Assembly (NCBI GenBank): GCA_037445955.1 | Contig: JBBIJM010000006.1 | Coordinates: 1-54,193 of the forward strand | DNA length: 54,193 nucleotides | Reading direction: 5' to 3' | Source of the DNA: Syntrophobacterales bacterium | GTDB lineage: Bacteria; Desulfobacterota; Syntrophia; Syntrophales; CAMTWB01 | In this document: in pieces, positions 33,670 to 43,819 of the stretch | How the letters are laid out: every line of letters begins with the position of its first letter | Numbering within the stretch: the first letter of the stretch is position 1 | Program-made: the position numbers and the translations under genes | The notes under the pieces: generated by a model | What the model was told of the DNA's origin: nothing | The model's database searches: none | Seen by the model: the letters and a program-made list of their open reading frames with translations, nothing else

Positions 33670-34847
33670 TCGGGATATCCAAACTATACTGCGGGGCGGT
33701 GGAGCCGTCGGACGTGCTCCGGTACGGAAGGGCCGCCAAAGACCTTCCTTCCCATCTGCTCCAGTTTTCTTGCGACAAGAAGCCGGTGGTGGTCTGGAAC
33801 ATGACCCGCCGCTGCAACCTCCATTGTGTCCATTGCTATTCCAGCTCAAGCGAGAGCCTGGCGGAAAACGAACTCCGAACGGAAGAGGCCAGGCGGATGA
33901 TAGAAGACCTGGCCCGTTTCGGCTGCCCGGTTCTCCTCTTCTCCGGCGGCGAGCCCCTGATTCGGGACGACTTGCCGGAACTTGCCGCCTGGGCGATCCG
34001 GCAGGGGATGCGGGCGGTCATCTCGACCAACGGCACCCTGATCGACCGGGACAAGGCGGAGGTTTTCAAGAAACTGGGACTCTCCTACGTGGGCATCAGC
34101 CTCGACGGGACGAAAGAGACCCACAACCGCTTCCGGGGACATCCCGGGGCCTTCGAGGCCACCTTGGCCGGGATCAGAATCTGCCGGGAGGCGGGGATCA
34201 AGGTCGGGGTAAGGTTCACCATGAACCGGTACAACTACCGGGACATCCCGGCCATTTTCGATCTCCTCGAGGCAGAGGAAATCCCCCGGGTCTGTTTTTA
34301 CCATCTGGTCTACGCGGGCCGCGGCTCCCGGCTCATCGAAGAGGATCTCTCCCCTGCCGAAAAGAGGGAGACCTTAAATTTGATCATGGACCGGAGCCGG
34401 GATCTGTTCGACCGGGGAAGGCCGAAGGAAATCTTAACCGTAGATAATCACGCCGACGGGCCCTTCGTGTATTTAAGGATGAAAAGAGAGGATCCCCGCC
34501 GGGCGGCGGAGGTGCTGGAACTCTTGAGGATGAACGAGGGGAACTCCTCGGGACACGGGATCGGCTGCATCAGCTGGGACGGAACCATTCATCCGGACCA
34601 GTTTTGGCGAAACATCATCCTGGGCAATATAAGGGAGCGTCCCTTCAGCGAAATCTGGCCCGGTGAAACAGACGGGCTCCTGCGGCAGCTTAAGGATAAA
34701 AAGCCCCGGATGAAAGGCAGATGCGCCGCCTGCCGCTGGCTTGACATCTGCGGGGGCAATTTCCGGGCGAGGGCGGAGGCCGTCACCGGAGACCTCTGGG
34801 CGCCCGATCCAGCCTGTTACTTAACCGACGAGGAGATCGGGGGATGA
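33666..34847 (+). CDS. Radical SAM/SPASM enzyme of the NirJ family (AhbC or AhbD of the siroheme-dependent heme pathway)
   Basis: CNLHCVHCY radical SAM motif. C-terminal Cys cluster [15 protein letters not shown] 33666 overlaps the preceding stop. Flanks hemB together with a paralogue. Confidence 0.7.
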   Translation: MIGISKLYCGAVEPSDVLRYGRAAKDLPSHLLQFSCDKKPVVVWNMTRRCNLHCVHCYSSSSESLAENELRTEEARRMIEDLARFGCPVLLFSGGEPLIRDDLPELAAWAIRQGMRAVISTNGTLIDRDKAEVFKKLGLSYVGISLDGTKETHNRFRGHPGAFEATLAGIRICREAGIKVGVRFTMNRYNYRDIPAIFDLLEAEEIPRVCFYHLVYAGRGSRLIEEDLSPAEKRETLNLIMDRSRDLFDRGRPKEILTVDNHADGPFVYLRMKREDPRRAAEVLELLRMNEGNSSGHGIGCISWDGTIHPDQFWRNIILGNIRERPFSEIWPGETDGLLRQLKDKKPRMKGRCAACRWLDICGGNFRARAEAVTGDLWAPDPACYLTDEEIGG

Positions 34848-34887
34848 TAACCGCGGGCATGATCCACCGTTGATAAGGAGGAATAAC

Positions 34888-35871
34888 ATGTATTACCCCG
34901 TTTGCCGGCCAAGAAGGATGAGGAAGAAGGAGAATCTAAGACGCCTCATCCGGGAAACAAGATTGAGCATCGACAACCTGATCCTTCCCCTCTTTGTAGT
35001 CGAGGGCAAGGGGATCAAAAGGCCCATCTCGTCTATGCCGGGGCATTTTCAGATCTCCCTGGAGCATCTCGACCAGGAGGTCCGGGATTTGAAGGAGCTG
35101 GGAATCCCCGCGGTGATCCTCTTCGGCATCCCGGAAAAGAAGGACGAACTCGCCTCCCGGGCCCTGGTCAAGGACGGGGTGATCCAGAGGGCGGCGGGCA
35201 GACTCAAGGACAGGCATCCTGATCTCGTGGTAATCACCGATGTCTGTCTCTGCGAATACACGAGCCACGGCCATTGCGGGATGGTAGAACGTGGCGACGT
35301 CGACAACGATACCACCATCGCGGTGCTCGCCGAATGCGCCGTTTCTCACGCCCGGGCCGGGGCGGACATGGTGGCCCCCTCGGCGATGATGGACGGCCAG
35401 GTGGAGGCGATTCGGACCGCCCTGGACGAAGAAGGGTACGCCTCCCTCCCCATCATGGCCTACGCGGCGAAATACGCCTCGAGTTTCTACGGCCCCTTTC
35501 GCGAGGCCGCCCAGAGCGCCCCGCAAAAGGGCAACCGGAAGTCTTACCAGATGGATCCCGCCAACAGCGACGAGGCCATCCGGGAGATAGCCCTCGACAT
35601 CGAGGAGGGTGCCGACGTGATCATGGTTAAGCCTGCCTTGAGCTATCTCGACGTGATCCGCCGGGCGAGGGAGGAATTCGATCTGCCCCTGGCCGCCTAC
35701 AATGTAAGCGGGGAATACGCGATGATCAAGGCCGCCTCCTCCCTGGGATGGCTGGACGAAGAGGCGGCGATGAACGAGGTTTTAACCTCGATAAAGCGGG
35801 CCGGGGCCGACCTCATCATCACCTATTTCGCCAAGGAAGCGGCGGCGCTCCTGAGAAGGGCGGGGCAATGA
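34888..35871 (+). CDS. hemB: Porphobilinogen synthase (ALA dehydratase), zinc-type
   Basis: Start at ATG 34888 (RBS AGGAGG). RPRRMR...LILPLFV, Cys-rich Zn site [14 protein letters not shown], active-site VMVKPAL. Confidence 0.9.
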   Translation: MYYPVCRPRRMRKKENLRRLIRETRLSIDNLILPLFVVEGKGIKRPISSMPGHFQISLEHLDQEVRDLKELGIPAVILFGIPEKKDELASRALVKDGVIQRAAGRLKDRHPDLVVITDVCLCEYTSHGHCGMVERGDVDNDTTIAVLAECAVSHARAGADMVAPSAMMDGQVEAIRTALDEEGYASLPIMAYAAKYASSFYGPFREAAQSAPQKGNRKSYQMDPANSDEAIREIALDIEEGADVIMVKPALSYLDVIRRAREEFDLPLAAYNVSGEYAMIKAASSLGWLDEEAAMNEVLTSIKRAGADLIITYFAKEAAALLRRAGQ

Positions 35872-36974
35872 AAGCCGACCTCCTGCCCTCAACATTGCGC
35901 CTGATTGCCTGGGAGGTGACCAGAAGCTGTAACCTCGATTGCAGCCACTGCCGGGCGGCGGCTCGCCACGGCTCATATCCCGGGGAGCTTACCACCGAAG
36001 AGGGATTGAATTTTCTCACCGGGGTCTCCCGGCTGGGCAAGCCGGTAGTGATTTTAACCGGCGGAGAACCCCTTCTGCGACCGGACATTTACACCCTTGC
36101 CCGGTTCGGCACCGATCAGGGTCTACGGATGGTTCTGGCGACCAACGGCACCATTCTCGACGGAAAAGCGGTGGAAAGGATAAGCGTCTCGGGGATAAAG
36201 CGGGTAAGCATCAGCATCGACGGCGTGGATGAGGAAAGCCACGACGCCTTCCGCCGGGTCCCCGGGGCGTTCGCCCGGGCGATGAGGGGCATCTCGGCCC
36301 TGAAGGACGCGGGGATTGAGTTCCAGATAAATACCACCATCACCAAAACCAATCTGAATCAGATCGCGGGGATCCTCGATTTGGCCGTTCGGCTTGAGGC
36401 CGAGGCCCATCATATCTTCCTTCTGGTCCCTACCGGCCGGGGCCGGGAACTGGCGGACCAGAGCATTTCCGCCCAACGTTACGAAGAAACCCTCCACTGG
36501 TTTCAGGAGGCCACCCTTACCTGCCCGATCCAGGTCAAGGCCACCTGCGCCCCCCATTATTTCCGCATCCTCCACCAGAAAAAAGACCGGCGTCTCAGGG
36601 AGTCCGCAAGTCCTCTGCACGGCCTCACCAGGGGCTGTATGGGGGGCAGTTCGTTTTGCTTCATCTCCCATACCGGCCAGGCCCAGCCCTGCGGATACCT
36701 GGAGATCGATTGCGGTCAGCTTCAAAATGAGGATTTTCCGGAAATCTGGCAAAACTCGAAAATCTTCAACGATCTTAGAAATCTCGATCTTTATCGCGGC
36801 AAGTGCGGCCGGTGCGAGTTCCTGAAGGTCTGCGGCGGCTGCCGGGCCAGGGCCTACGAGGCAACCGGGGATTATCTCGCCCAAGAGCCCTGCTGTATCT
36901 ACGAACCGGGGAAGACTCGAGGTGATGAAGGGGCGGGGGTAAGCACCGCCCCGAGAAACGGGCAGCCTTCATGA
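35868..36974 (+). CDS. Second NirJ-family radical SAM/SPASM enzyme (AhbD or AhbC)
   Basis: ATG 35868 overlaps the hemB stop (ATGA). CNLDCSHCR motif. C-terminal [17 protein letters not shown]. Confidence 0.7.
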   Translation: MKADLLPSTLRLIAWEVTRSCNLDCSHCRAAARHGSYPGELTTEEGLNFLTGVSRLGKPVVILTGGEPLLRPDIYTLARFGTDQGLRMVLATNGTILDGKAVERISVSGIKRVSISIDGVDEESHDAFRRVPGAFARAMRGISALKDAGIEFQINTTITKTNLNQIAGILDLAVRLEAEAHHIFLLVPTGRGRELADQSISAQRYEETLHWFQEATLTCPIQVKATCAPHYFRILHQKKDRRLRESASPLHGLTRGCMGGSSFCFISHTGQAQPCGYLEIDCGQLQNEDFPEIWQNSKIFNDLRNLDLYRGKCGRCEFLKVCGGCRARAYEATGDYLAQEPCCIYEPGKTRGDEGAGVSTAPRNGQPS

Positions 36975-37441
36975 ATGACCGCTTGGATAAAATAGATAAA
37001 AAGCTGCTCAACCGGCTGCAACGTTCCTTTCCCCTGGCGCCGGAGCCTTTTCTGGTCTTGGGCAACCTCGTGGGGATCCCGGAAGAAGAAGCCTTGGACA
37101 GGGTCAAGCGGCTCGTCTCATCCGGGGTCATAAGGAGGATCGGGGCGGTTTTCGATACGAAAAGGATGGGTTTTGTAAGCACCCTGGTCACCGCGGCGGT
37201 GCCGGAGGAGAAGCTGCCGGAATTCGTGGCGGTGGTAAACTCGTTTAGCGGGGTAACCCACAATTATCGACGCAACCACCGTTACAACGTCTGGCTTACC
37301 CTGATTGCAGCCAGCGAAGAGGAGTTAAGCGGCGTTCTTGCGGCAATAGGGGAAAAGACGGGAATCACGGACATCCTGAGCCTGCGTTCGGAAAGAACGT
37401 TCAAGATCGATGCCCGGTTTGAATTCGACGAGGACGAATAA
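36971..37441 (+). CDS. AsnC/Lrp-fold siroheme decarboxylase subunit (AhbA/AhbB, NirD/L/G/H family)
   Basis: 156 aa. IDKKLLNRLQRSFPLAPEPF...GVIRRIGAVFD...VTHNYRRNHRYNVWLTL, characteristic of this family. Overlaps the previous gene's stop. Confidence 0.75.
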   Translation: MNDRLDKIDKKLLNRLQRSFPLAPEPFLVLGNLVGIPEEEALDRVKRLVSSGVIRRIGAVFDTKRMGFVSTLVTAAVPEEKLPEFVAVVNSFSGVTHNYRRNHRYNVWLTLIAASEEELSGVLAAIGEKTGITDILSLRSERTFKIDARFEFDEDE

Positions 37442-40116
37442 TGAGCCAAAAGGAAAAACTTCTCCTCGTTGACGGATCGAACTATCTCCACCGGGCCTTC
37501 TACGCCTTAAGCGACCTCTCCAATTCCCGCGGTTTTCCGACGAACGCCATCTACGTGTTTACCAACATGCTCCTTAAGCTCCTCAAGACCCAGAAACCGG
37601 ATTACCTGGTCATGGTCTTCGATGTCAAGGGTCCCACCTTCCGCCATGAGGCCTACGCCCCGTACAAGGCAACGCGAAAGGCGATGCCTGAGGCCCTGGC
37701 GATCCAGATCCCTTTGATCAAGGAGATCGTCGCCGGATTTTCGATCAAAATAGTCGAGAGGCAGGGATTTGAAGCGGACGACATTATCGGAACCATCGCC
37801 CGCCGGGAGGCCGCCCGGGGCCTTTCGGTGGTCATCGTCTCCGGCGACAAGGATCTGATGCAGCTGGTTACACCGGACATAACCCTGGCGGACACGTTGA
37901 AAGACATTTCCTACGATGTCGAGGCGGTAAAATCCCGTTTCGGCGTTCCTCCGGAAAAGATCCCCGAGGTGCTCGGTCTTATGGGGGACGCGGTGGACAA
38001 TATTCCCGGTGTCCCGGGCATCGGCCCCAAAACCGCCCGGGAGCTTATCGCCGCCTACGGCTCGGTGGAAGGGGTGCTTGCCGGTGTGGACGGGATCAGA
38101 GGCAGGACCACGAAAAGGGCCCTGGTGGAACATGCCGGAGACGCCCGCCTGAGCCGGGATCTGGCGGTGATCAAGACCGACCTCCCCCTTGATCTCTCCC
38201 TTGCCGACTGCCGCCTCGGGGAACCGAAGGGGGATGTTTTAAAAGGCATCTTCACCGAGCTGGAATTCTCCTCTTTGCTTCAGGAACTGCCCGGAGGGGA
38301 CGATATCCTCTCCGGGAACTACCGCTTAACGGGAAACCGGCTTGACCTTACGGCCTTGCGGGAAAAGCTGGCGCATGCCGCCGCTTTCTCCCTGGAGGTC
38401 ATATGCGACGGGCCGCCCCTTTCGGGAAAGACCATCGGCCTTGCCTTTTGCATCGAACCGAAAGAGGCCTTTTTTGTGCCCCTGGCCGGCATTTCCCCGG
38501 AGGACCGGGAGGATGGTCCAGCGGCAGATGAGGTTTTGCCGGCCCTCGAGGCAATTCTATCGTCGCCAAAGGTTACTATATACGGCCATGACTTAAAAAC
38601 CGCCTCGCTGGCCCTTTTTCGGCACGGGATAAACCTTGCGGGCATCGCCTCGGATACCATGGTGGCCGCCTACATTCTCAATCCCACCGGTCACGGTTTC
38701 GACCTGGCGGATCTCCTCCGGCGTCACCTGGGCGCCAGGATCATCTCGACCGGCGAGCTTTTGGGAAACGGGGCCCGGGCGATTCCTTTCGACCAGGTCG
38801 AGCTTGACAGGCTGAAAATCTACGCCTGCCTCCGGGCGGACGGGGCAATGCGCCTGGCCGGCAAACTGGATCGGGAAATCAGGGAGGCCGGTCTTGCTTC
38901 CCTTTACAGCGAAATTGAAATCCCCCTGATCGCGGTTCTCAGGGACATGGAGGCAAGAGGCGTCCTCGTCGATGGAACCAGGCTCAAGAGTCTCTCGTCG
39001 GAGATGGAAGAGGCCCTTGACCTTTCAGAAAAGCAAATCTACGCTCTGGCAGGGGAGAGGTTCAATGTCAACTCGCCCAAACAGCTCCAGGGCATCCTTT
39101 ACGATAAATTGAAGCTTCCCCGCGGCCGGAAGATCAAGGAGGGTTTCTCGACGGATTTTGAGGTCTTGACCGCCCTGGCCGAGAAACACGAGCTGCCCGC
39201 GGAGATTTTAGTCTGGCGGAGCCTGATCAAGCTCAAGACCACTTACGTCAACATCCTGCCCCGGCTGATCAATCCCCGGACGGGCCGGATTCACACCTCT
39301 TACAACCAGACGGTAACGGCCACGGGGCGTCTTTCAAGCAGCAACCCCAACCTCCAGAACATCCCCATAAGAACCCCGGAAGGGCGGAGGATCCGTCAGG
39401 CCTTTGTCGCCCCGCCGGGGGCCACCCTCGTTACCGCCGACTATTCCCAGGTGGAACTGCGGGTGCTGGCCCATCTTTCCCGGGATGAGGCCCTGATTCA
39501 GGCCTTTGCCGCAGGCGAGGACATCCACGCCCGCACCGCCGCCGAGGTCTTCGGGGTCTTTGCGGAAATGGTAACCTCTGACATGCGCCGTCAAGCCAAG
39601 GTAATCAACTTCGGCATCATCTACGGCATGGGGGCTTTCAGCCTGGCGAAGGAACTGGGGGTGAATCAAAATAAGGCCCAGGCTTATATCGACAATTACT
39701 TCCGCAATTTCAGCGGGGTCAAGCGCTTCCTCGACGAAACCTTAACCCGGGCCAGGACGTTTGGTTATGTAACCACCCTGTTTGACCGCCGCCGTTTTCT
39801 CCCCGAGATAAACAGCTCCAATGCCCCGCTTAGATCGTTTGCCGAAAGGACCGCCGTCAACACCCCGATCCAGGGAACCGCGGCGGATCTAATCAAGGTG
39901 GCCATGATCAACATTGCCCGGGTGTTTGCGGAGAAAGGCCTTAAAAGCGCCATGATCATGCAGGTTCATGACGAGCTGGTCTTCGAGGTGCCTCTTGAGG
40001 AGAAGGACGAGGTGATCAGACTGGTTAAGGGGGAGATGGAAGGGGTCGGGGAACTGGCCGTCCCCCTTAAGGTCGATATCGGCCTCGGCGAAAACTGGGA
40101 CGAGGCCCACAGCTAA
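37441..40116 (+). CDS. polA: DNA polymerase I
   Basis: 891 aa. 5'-nuclease domain LLLVDGSNYLHRAFYA. Polymerase motifs DYSQVELRVLAH, RRQAKVINFGIIYG, QVHDELVFE. The ATG shares one base with the upstream stop (TAATG). Confidence 0.95.
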   Translation: MSQKEKLLLVDGSNYLHRAFYALSDLSNSRGFPTNAIYVFTNMLLKLLKTQKPDYLVMVFDVKGPTFRHEAYAPYKATRKAMPEALAIQIPLIKEIVAGFSIKIVERQGFEADDIIGTIARREAARGLSVVIVSGDKDLMQLVTPDITLADTLKDISYDVEAVKSRFGVPPEKIPEVLGLMGDAVDNIPGVPGIGPKTARELIAAYGSVEGVLAGVDGIRGRTTKRALVEHAGDARLSRDLAVIKTDLPLDLSLADCRLGEPKGDVLKGIFTELEFSSLLQELPGGDDILSGNYRLTGNRLDLTALREKLAHAAAFSLEVICDGPPLSGKTIGLAFCIEPKEAFFVPLAGISPEDREDGPAADEVLPALEAILSSPKVTIYGHDLKTASLALFRHGINLAGIASDTMVAAYILNPTGHGFDLADLLRRHLGARIISTGELLGNGARAIPFDQVELDRLKIYACLRADGAMRLAGKLDREIREAGLASLYSEIEIPLIAVLRDMEARGVLVDGTRLKSLSSEMEEALDLSEKQIYALAGERFNVNSPKQLQGILYDKLKLPRGRKIKEGFSTDFEVLTALAEKHELPAEILVWRSLIKLKTTYVNILPRLINPRTGRIHTSYNQTVTATGRLSSSNPNLQNIPIRTPEGRRIRQAFVAPPGATLVTADYSQVELRVLAHLSRDEALIQAFAAGEDIHARTAAEVFGVFAEMVTSDMRRQAKVINFGIIYGMGAFSLAKELGVNQNKAQAYIDNYFRNFSGVKRFLDETLTRARTFGYVTTLFDRRRFLPEINSSNAPLRSFAERTAVNTPIQGTAADLIKVAMINIARVFAEKGLKSAMIMQVHDELVFEVPLEEKDEVIRLVKGEMEGVGELAVPLKVDIGLGENWDEAHS

Positions 40117-40218
40117 AGGGGGGCTAACGGACAGGGTAGACAACGGGCAATGATTTCTTCAGGCAGGCTTTCCGTTGCCGCCCCTTTATGCCTGTGCGTC
40201 CCATGCAGACAGGTGCTC

Positions 40219-40277
40219 CGGAGGAGCGTAAGCGACGGGAACTCTTTAAGCAGCAGGGGATCAAGATTTCTCACTTT
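40219..40277 (+). repeat. Degenerate remnant of repeat family 1
   Basis: GGAGGAGCGTAAGCGACGGGAACTCTTTAAG...TCAAGATTTCTCAC resembles AGGAGCGGAAGCGACGAGAAATCTTA...TTAAGATTTCTCC of copy B. Confidence 0.4.
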
Positions 40278-40366
40278 ATTTGAAATTGGGAAATAGTTAC
40301 CTGCTATCAAATACATTCACCATTTCGGTATCTGTCCCCATTTATCCAAGAAAGGAGGAACAGGAA

Positions 40367-40810
40367 ATGAAGACCGCAAAGGATATCCTGGATTACAAAG
40401 GCACCGAGGTCTGGCACGTCTCTCCCTCCACCCTGGTCTTTGAGGCCCTCTATCTTCTGAATGAAAAGGAGGTAGGGGCCCTCATGGTGATCGACGCCGC
40501 GGGCCGGGTGGCCGGGATCGTCTCCGAAAGAGACTATGCCAGGAAGGTGGCCCTGGCGGGCAAGTCGTCCAAAGAAACCCCGGTGGAGGAGATCATGACC
40601 CCCCGGGAGGACCTTTATAAGATAAAACCCGCCACGAGCATCGAAGACTGTCTGATCCTGATGGCGGGAAAAAAGATCCGTCATCTGCCCGTTTTCGAAG
40701 GAGACAATTTTCTCGGGATCATCTCCATGGGCGATGTGGTAAAATCGATCATCTCTAAACAGGAAACCCTGATCGAACAGTTAAGCAACTATATTGCCGG
40801 AAGGGTGTAA
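40367..40810 (+). CDS. CBS-domain pair protein
   Basis: Start at ATG 40367 (RBS AAAGGAGGAA). Two CBS repeats (VGALMVID..., IRHLPVFEGDNFLGIISMGDV). Confidence 0.75.
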   Translation: MKTAKDILDYKGTEVWHVSPSTLVFEALYLLNEKEVGALMVIDAAGRVAGIVSERDYARKVALAGKSSKETPVEEIMTPREDLYKIKPATSIEDCLILMAGKKIRHLPVFEGDNFLGIISMGDVVKSIISKQETLIEQLSNYIAGRV

Positions 40811-40833
40811 GTTTCCGTAAAGGCGGGTCTTAT

Positions 40834-41430
40834 TCAGGGAGAAAACATGGGAGCGGCCAGGGCCTCGGTCAGGACGTAGGCCGCCTGAAGCGCCGAGGTC
40901 GGGCAGAGGGGAAAACATTCTTTACACGACCCGCATTCCCTGGCGGCGATCTCGGGGAGGAAGGCGATCTCCCGCCTCGCCCCGGATTCAACGAAGGCGA
41001 CGGCGTGTTTCTTCTTGACCTCGGCGCAATACCTCACGCAAAGTCCGCAGAGGATGCAGAAGGAGGCCTCCTTTTCAAAGCGGTCCTGATCTGCCCCGTA
41101 TTCCTGAGCCAGATACTTCAATTTCTCCGCCGCCGGGGCATGGGCGAGCATCAACTCAAGGATGGTCTTCCTGATCCTGTCCACCGCCTCCGAGCGGGTT
41201 CTCACCACCAGCTCCTCCTCGACCGGATAGAGACAGGCCGCCACATACCTGATGGATCCGCGGCTTTCCGCCTCTACCGTGCAGATCCGGCAGGCCCCGT
41301 AAGGATCAAGTTGCTCGTCGTTGCAGAGGTTGGGGATGGCGATCCCCGCGAGCTTTGCCGCCTGAAGGATCGTCATCCCCTTTTTAGCCGCTACTTCCTT
41401 CCCGTCGATGGTCAAACGAATCTGGCTCAT
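40834..41430 (-). CDS. bamI: NuoG-N-terminal-like [2Fe-2S]/[4Fe-4S] protein (BamI-like)
   Basis: 198 aa. LTIDGKEV...CNDEQLDPYGACRICTVE 2Fe-2S motif. CILCGLCVRYC and CGSCKECFPLCP. Own RBS GGTGAGGAGAA. Last gene of the bam-like row. Confidence 0.65.
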   Translation of the reverse strand: MSQIRLTIDGKEVAAKKGMTILQAAKLAGIAIPNLCNDEQLDPYGACRICTVEAESRGSIRYVAACLYPVEEELVVRTRSEAVDRIRKTILELMLAHAPAAEKLKYLAQEYGADQDRFEKEASFCILCGLCVRYCAEVKKKHAVAFVESGARREIAFLPEIAARECGSCKECFPLCPTSALQAAYVLTEALAAPMFSP

Positions 41431-41452
41431 TTCTCCTCACCTGTTCAATTAC

Positions 41453-41598
41453 CCTGAAATCTTTGAATAATGTCGTCTAAAGGAGCGGAAGCGACGAGAA
41501 ATCTTAATGTATTTAGGCTTTTTAAGATTTCTCCCCGCAGTCGAAATGACAAGGAATAAAGGCCGCAATGACAATCTCAGCAATACCTAAAAGCTCTA
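41453..41598 (+). repeat. Dispersed palindromic repeat, family 1, copy B, lying between bamH and bamI
   Basis: CTTTGAATAATGTC, AGGAGCGGAAGCGACGAGAAATCTTA, TTTAAGATTTCTCCCCGCAGTCGAAATGACA, GCAATACCTAAAAGCTCT. Colinear with copy A. Confidence 0.8.
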
Positions 41599-41664
41599 TC
41601 CCTTAATATCCTCCGCCCGGAAAGGTGCGGCCGCAAGCGCCGCCTTGCTCAAAACATGGTTTCG

Positions 41665-43320
41665 TTACAGGGGGCGTTTGCCCTTATCGATCCCGGCCTC
41701 ATATTCCTCTCGGAAATACCTGAGGGTGCTAAGCAAGGGTGCCGCCGCGGATTTGCCAAGGGCGCAGAGGGCCGCCTTACCGGTCACCCAGGCGAGTTTT
41801 TCGAGGGTCGCAATATCCCCTTCCTTCCCCTCTCCCGCCTCGATGGCCCGGAGGACCTTGAGCATCTGTCTTATCCCCTCCCGGCAGGGAACGCACTTGC
41901 CGCAGGACTCGCCGCTTAGAAATTCGAGGAAATACCGGGTCATCCCCACCATGCACACCTCCTCATCCATGATGAGAAGGCCGCCGGCGCCCATCGGGGC
42001 GCCCAGCCCGTCGAGCAGGTCAAAATCAAGCGGCGTATCCAGGAGCCGCTCGGGAAGCGAGCCCCCCATGGGGCCGCCGAAGTGCACCGCCTTGATCTTC
42101 CTGCCGCCCGGGGCGCCGCCCCCCAGGCCATAGACGATCTCCCTCAACGTAGTTCCCAGGGGCACCTCGACGACCCCGGCGTTGGCAATGTTTCCCGAAA
42201 GGGAGACAAGCTTCGTCCCTTTGCTCCCCTCGGTGCCGATGGTGTTGTACCAGGCGGCGCCCTTCCCGATAATCAGGGGGACATTGGCCCAGGTCTCGAC
42301 ATTGTTAAGACAGCTTGGCCGCTCCCAGACACCGCTTACCGAGGTGCGGACGTACTTGGAGCGGGGTTCCGGGGTCTTCCCTTCTATGGATTTCATGAGG
42401 GCGCTCGATTCGCCGGAGACGAAGATGCCTACGTCCAAGTGCAGGGCCGCCTGAAAGTCAAAGCCCGAGTTCAGGATATTTTTCCCCAAAAATCCGTATT
42501 CTTCCGCCTGAGCAAGCGCCCTTTCAACGGTTGCTTTGAGCCGCGGAGAGTCGTGACGGGTATATATGAACCCTTCCCGGGCCCCGACGGCGTATCCGCC
42601 GATGATCAGACCCTCGAGGACGCCGTGGGGATTGCCCATGAAAAGGGCCCGATCCATAAACGCCCCGGGCTCTCCCTCATGGCCGTTGACAATCACGTAT
42701 TTGATCTCTCCCGGGGCCCGCCGGGCCGTCTCCCACTTCGCTCCTGCCGGAAACCCTCCCCCGCCCCGGCCGCGGAGCTTGGACAGTTTTATCTCTTCCA
42801 GGACCTCCTCCGGCCTCATCTCAGTTAAGGCCCTGGCCAAAGCGCCGTAGCCGCCTTGCGCCAGGTAGTCTTCGATCTTTCCCGGATCGATCAGCCGGTT
42901 GTTTTTAAGCAGGAGGCTTTGCTGCTTCCGGTAAAAGGGGATCTCCTCAAGATGGACCGCCTCGCCCTCGGAGTCGCTATAAACGAGGCGACGGACGATC
43001 CTCTTGTTCAAGACGGTTTCCCCGAAGATTTCCGGCACATCCCCCGGACATACCCTCTGATAACAGATCCCCTCGGGATAGACTACAACCTGGGGGCCTC
43101 GCTCGCAAAAGCCGTGACAGCCGGTGGCGACTATTTCGATCTTGACCTCTACCCCCCGTTTTTTCGTCTCCTCCTGAAAGGCACAGATGACCGTCCCGTT
43201 TGCCGAGGCCTCGCAGCTCGCCCCGGCACAGACGGCAATCCTGGTCTTCCGGGGATCCCGCCCGGCCAGGATGCCCGATCTTGTCTCCTCCAATTCCAAA
43301 GCGGTATTTATCCTCGGCAT
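41665..43320 (-). CDS. bamH: NuoF-like NAD(P)H/FMN flavoprotein subunit (BamH-like)
   Basis: 551 aa. KLRGRGGGGFPAGAKWE, ESCGKCVPCREG. N-terminal thioredoxin-like 2Fe-2S domain. Confidence 0.75.
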   Translation of the reverse strand: MPRINTALELEETRSGILAGRDPRKTRIAVCAGASCEASANGTVICAFQEETKKRGVEVKIEIVATGCHGFCERGPQVVVYPEGICYQRVCPGDVPEIFGETVLNKRIVRRLVYSDSEGEAVHLEEIPFYRKQQSLLLKNNRLIDPGKIEDYLAQGGYGALARALTEMRPEEVLEEIKLSKLRGRGGGGFPAGAKWETARRAPGEIKYVIVNGHEGEPGAFMDRALFMGNPHGVLEGLIIGGYAVGAREGFIYTRHDSPRLKATVERALAQAEEYGFLGKNILNSGFDFQAALHLDVGIFVSGESSALMKSIEGKTPEPRSKYVRTSVSGVWERPSCLNNVETWANVPLIIGKGAAWYNTIGTEGSKGTKLVSLSGNIANAGVVEVPLGTTLREIVYGLGGGAPGGRKIKAVHFGGPMGGSLPERLLDTPLDFDLLDGLGAPMGAGGLLIMDEEVCMVGMTRYFLEFLSGESCGKCVPCREGIRQMLKVLRAIEAGEGKEGDIATLEKLAWVTGKAALCALGKSAAAPLLSTLRYFREEYEAGIDKGKRPL

Positions 43321-43329
43321 ACCCTACCC

Positions 43330-43782
43330 TCAGTCATATTTTTTCAAAAGCCCGTCCACCTGCTCCGGGGTAATCCTGCCGAAATGCTCGCCGTCAATTA
43401 TGAGCTCCGGTCCTAAAGAACAGCAGCCCAGGCAGTTGCCCTCCTCGAGGGTAAACCGGCCGTCGGCGGTGGTTTCTCCCGATCTGATCCCCAGGCGGTT
43501 CTGAACTTCGTCTAAAATCCCCTTGGCGCCGCGCACCCGGCAGGAAGAGCCGTTGCAGACATGCACCTCATGGCGCCCCGGCGGGGAGAGGCTGAAGGTC
43601 TTGTAAAAGGTGGCCAGATGCCGGATATCGCTTAAGGGAACGCCCAACTTCTCGCTCACCTCGGTCAATACCTCCCGGGGAAGCCAGCGGTTTAAGTCCT
43701 GAATCTCCATCAGAACCTGGACTGCCGCCTCGGGCCTGCCCCGGTGCCTGTCGATGATCCCCCTGATCCTGTCATCTATCAT
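43330..43782 (-). CDS. bamG: NuoE-like [2Fe-2S] subunit (BamG-like)
   Basis: Start moved to ATG 43782 (MIDDRIRGII, RBS GAGGAG). CNGSSCRVRG and CLGCCSLGP motifs. Confidence 0.75.
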   Translation of the reverse strand: MIDDRIRGIIDRHRGRPEAAVQVLMEIQDLNRWLPREVLTEVSEKLGVPLSDIRHLATFYKTFSLSPPGRHEVHVCNGSSCRVRGAKGILDEVQNRLGIRSGETTADGRFTLEEGNCLGCCSLGPELIIDGEHFGRITPEQVDGLLKKYD

Positions 43783-43819
43783 GGCCTTCTCCTCTTTGTC
43801 CCAAGCCCGCCTCTTTGCG

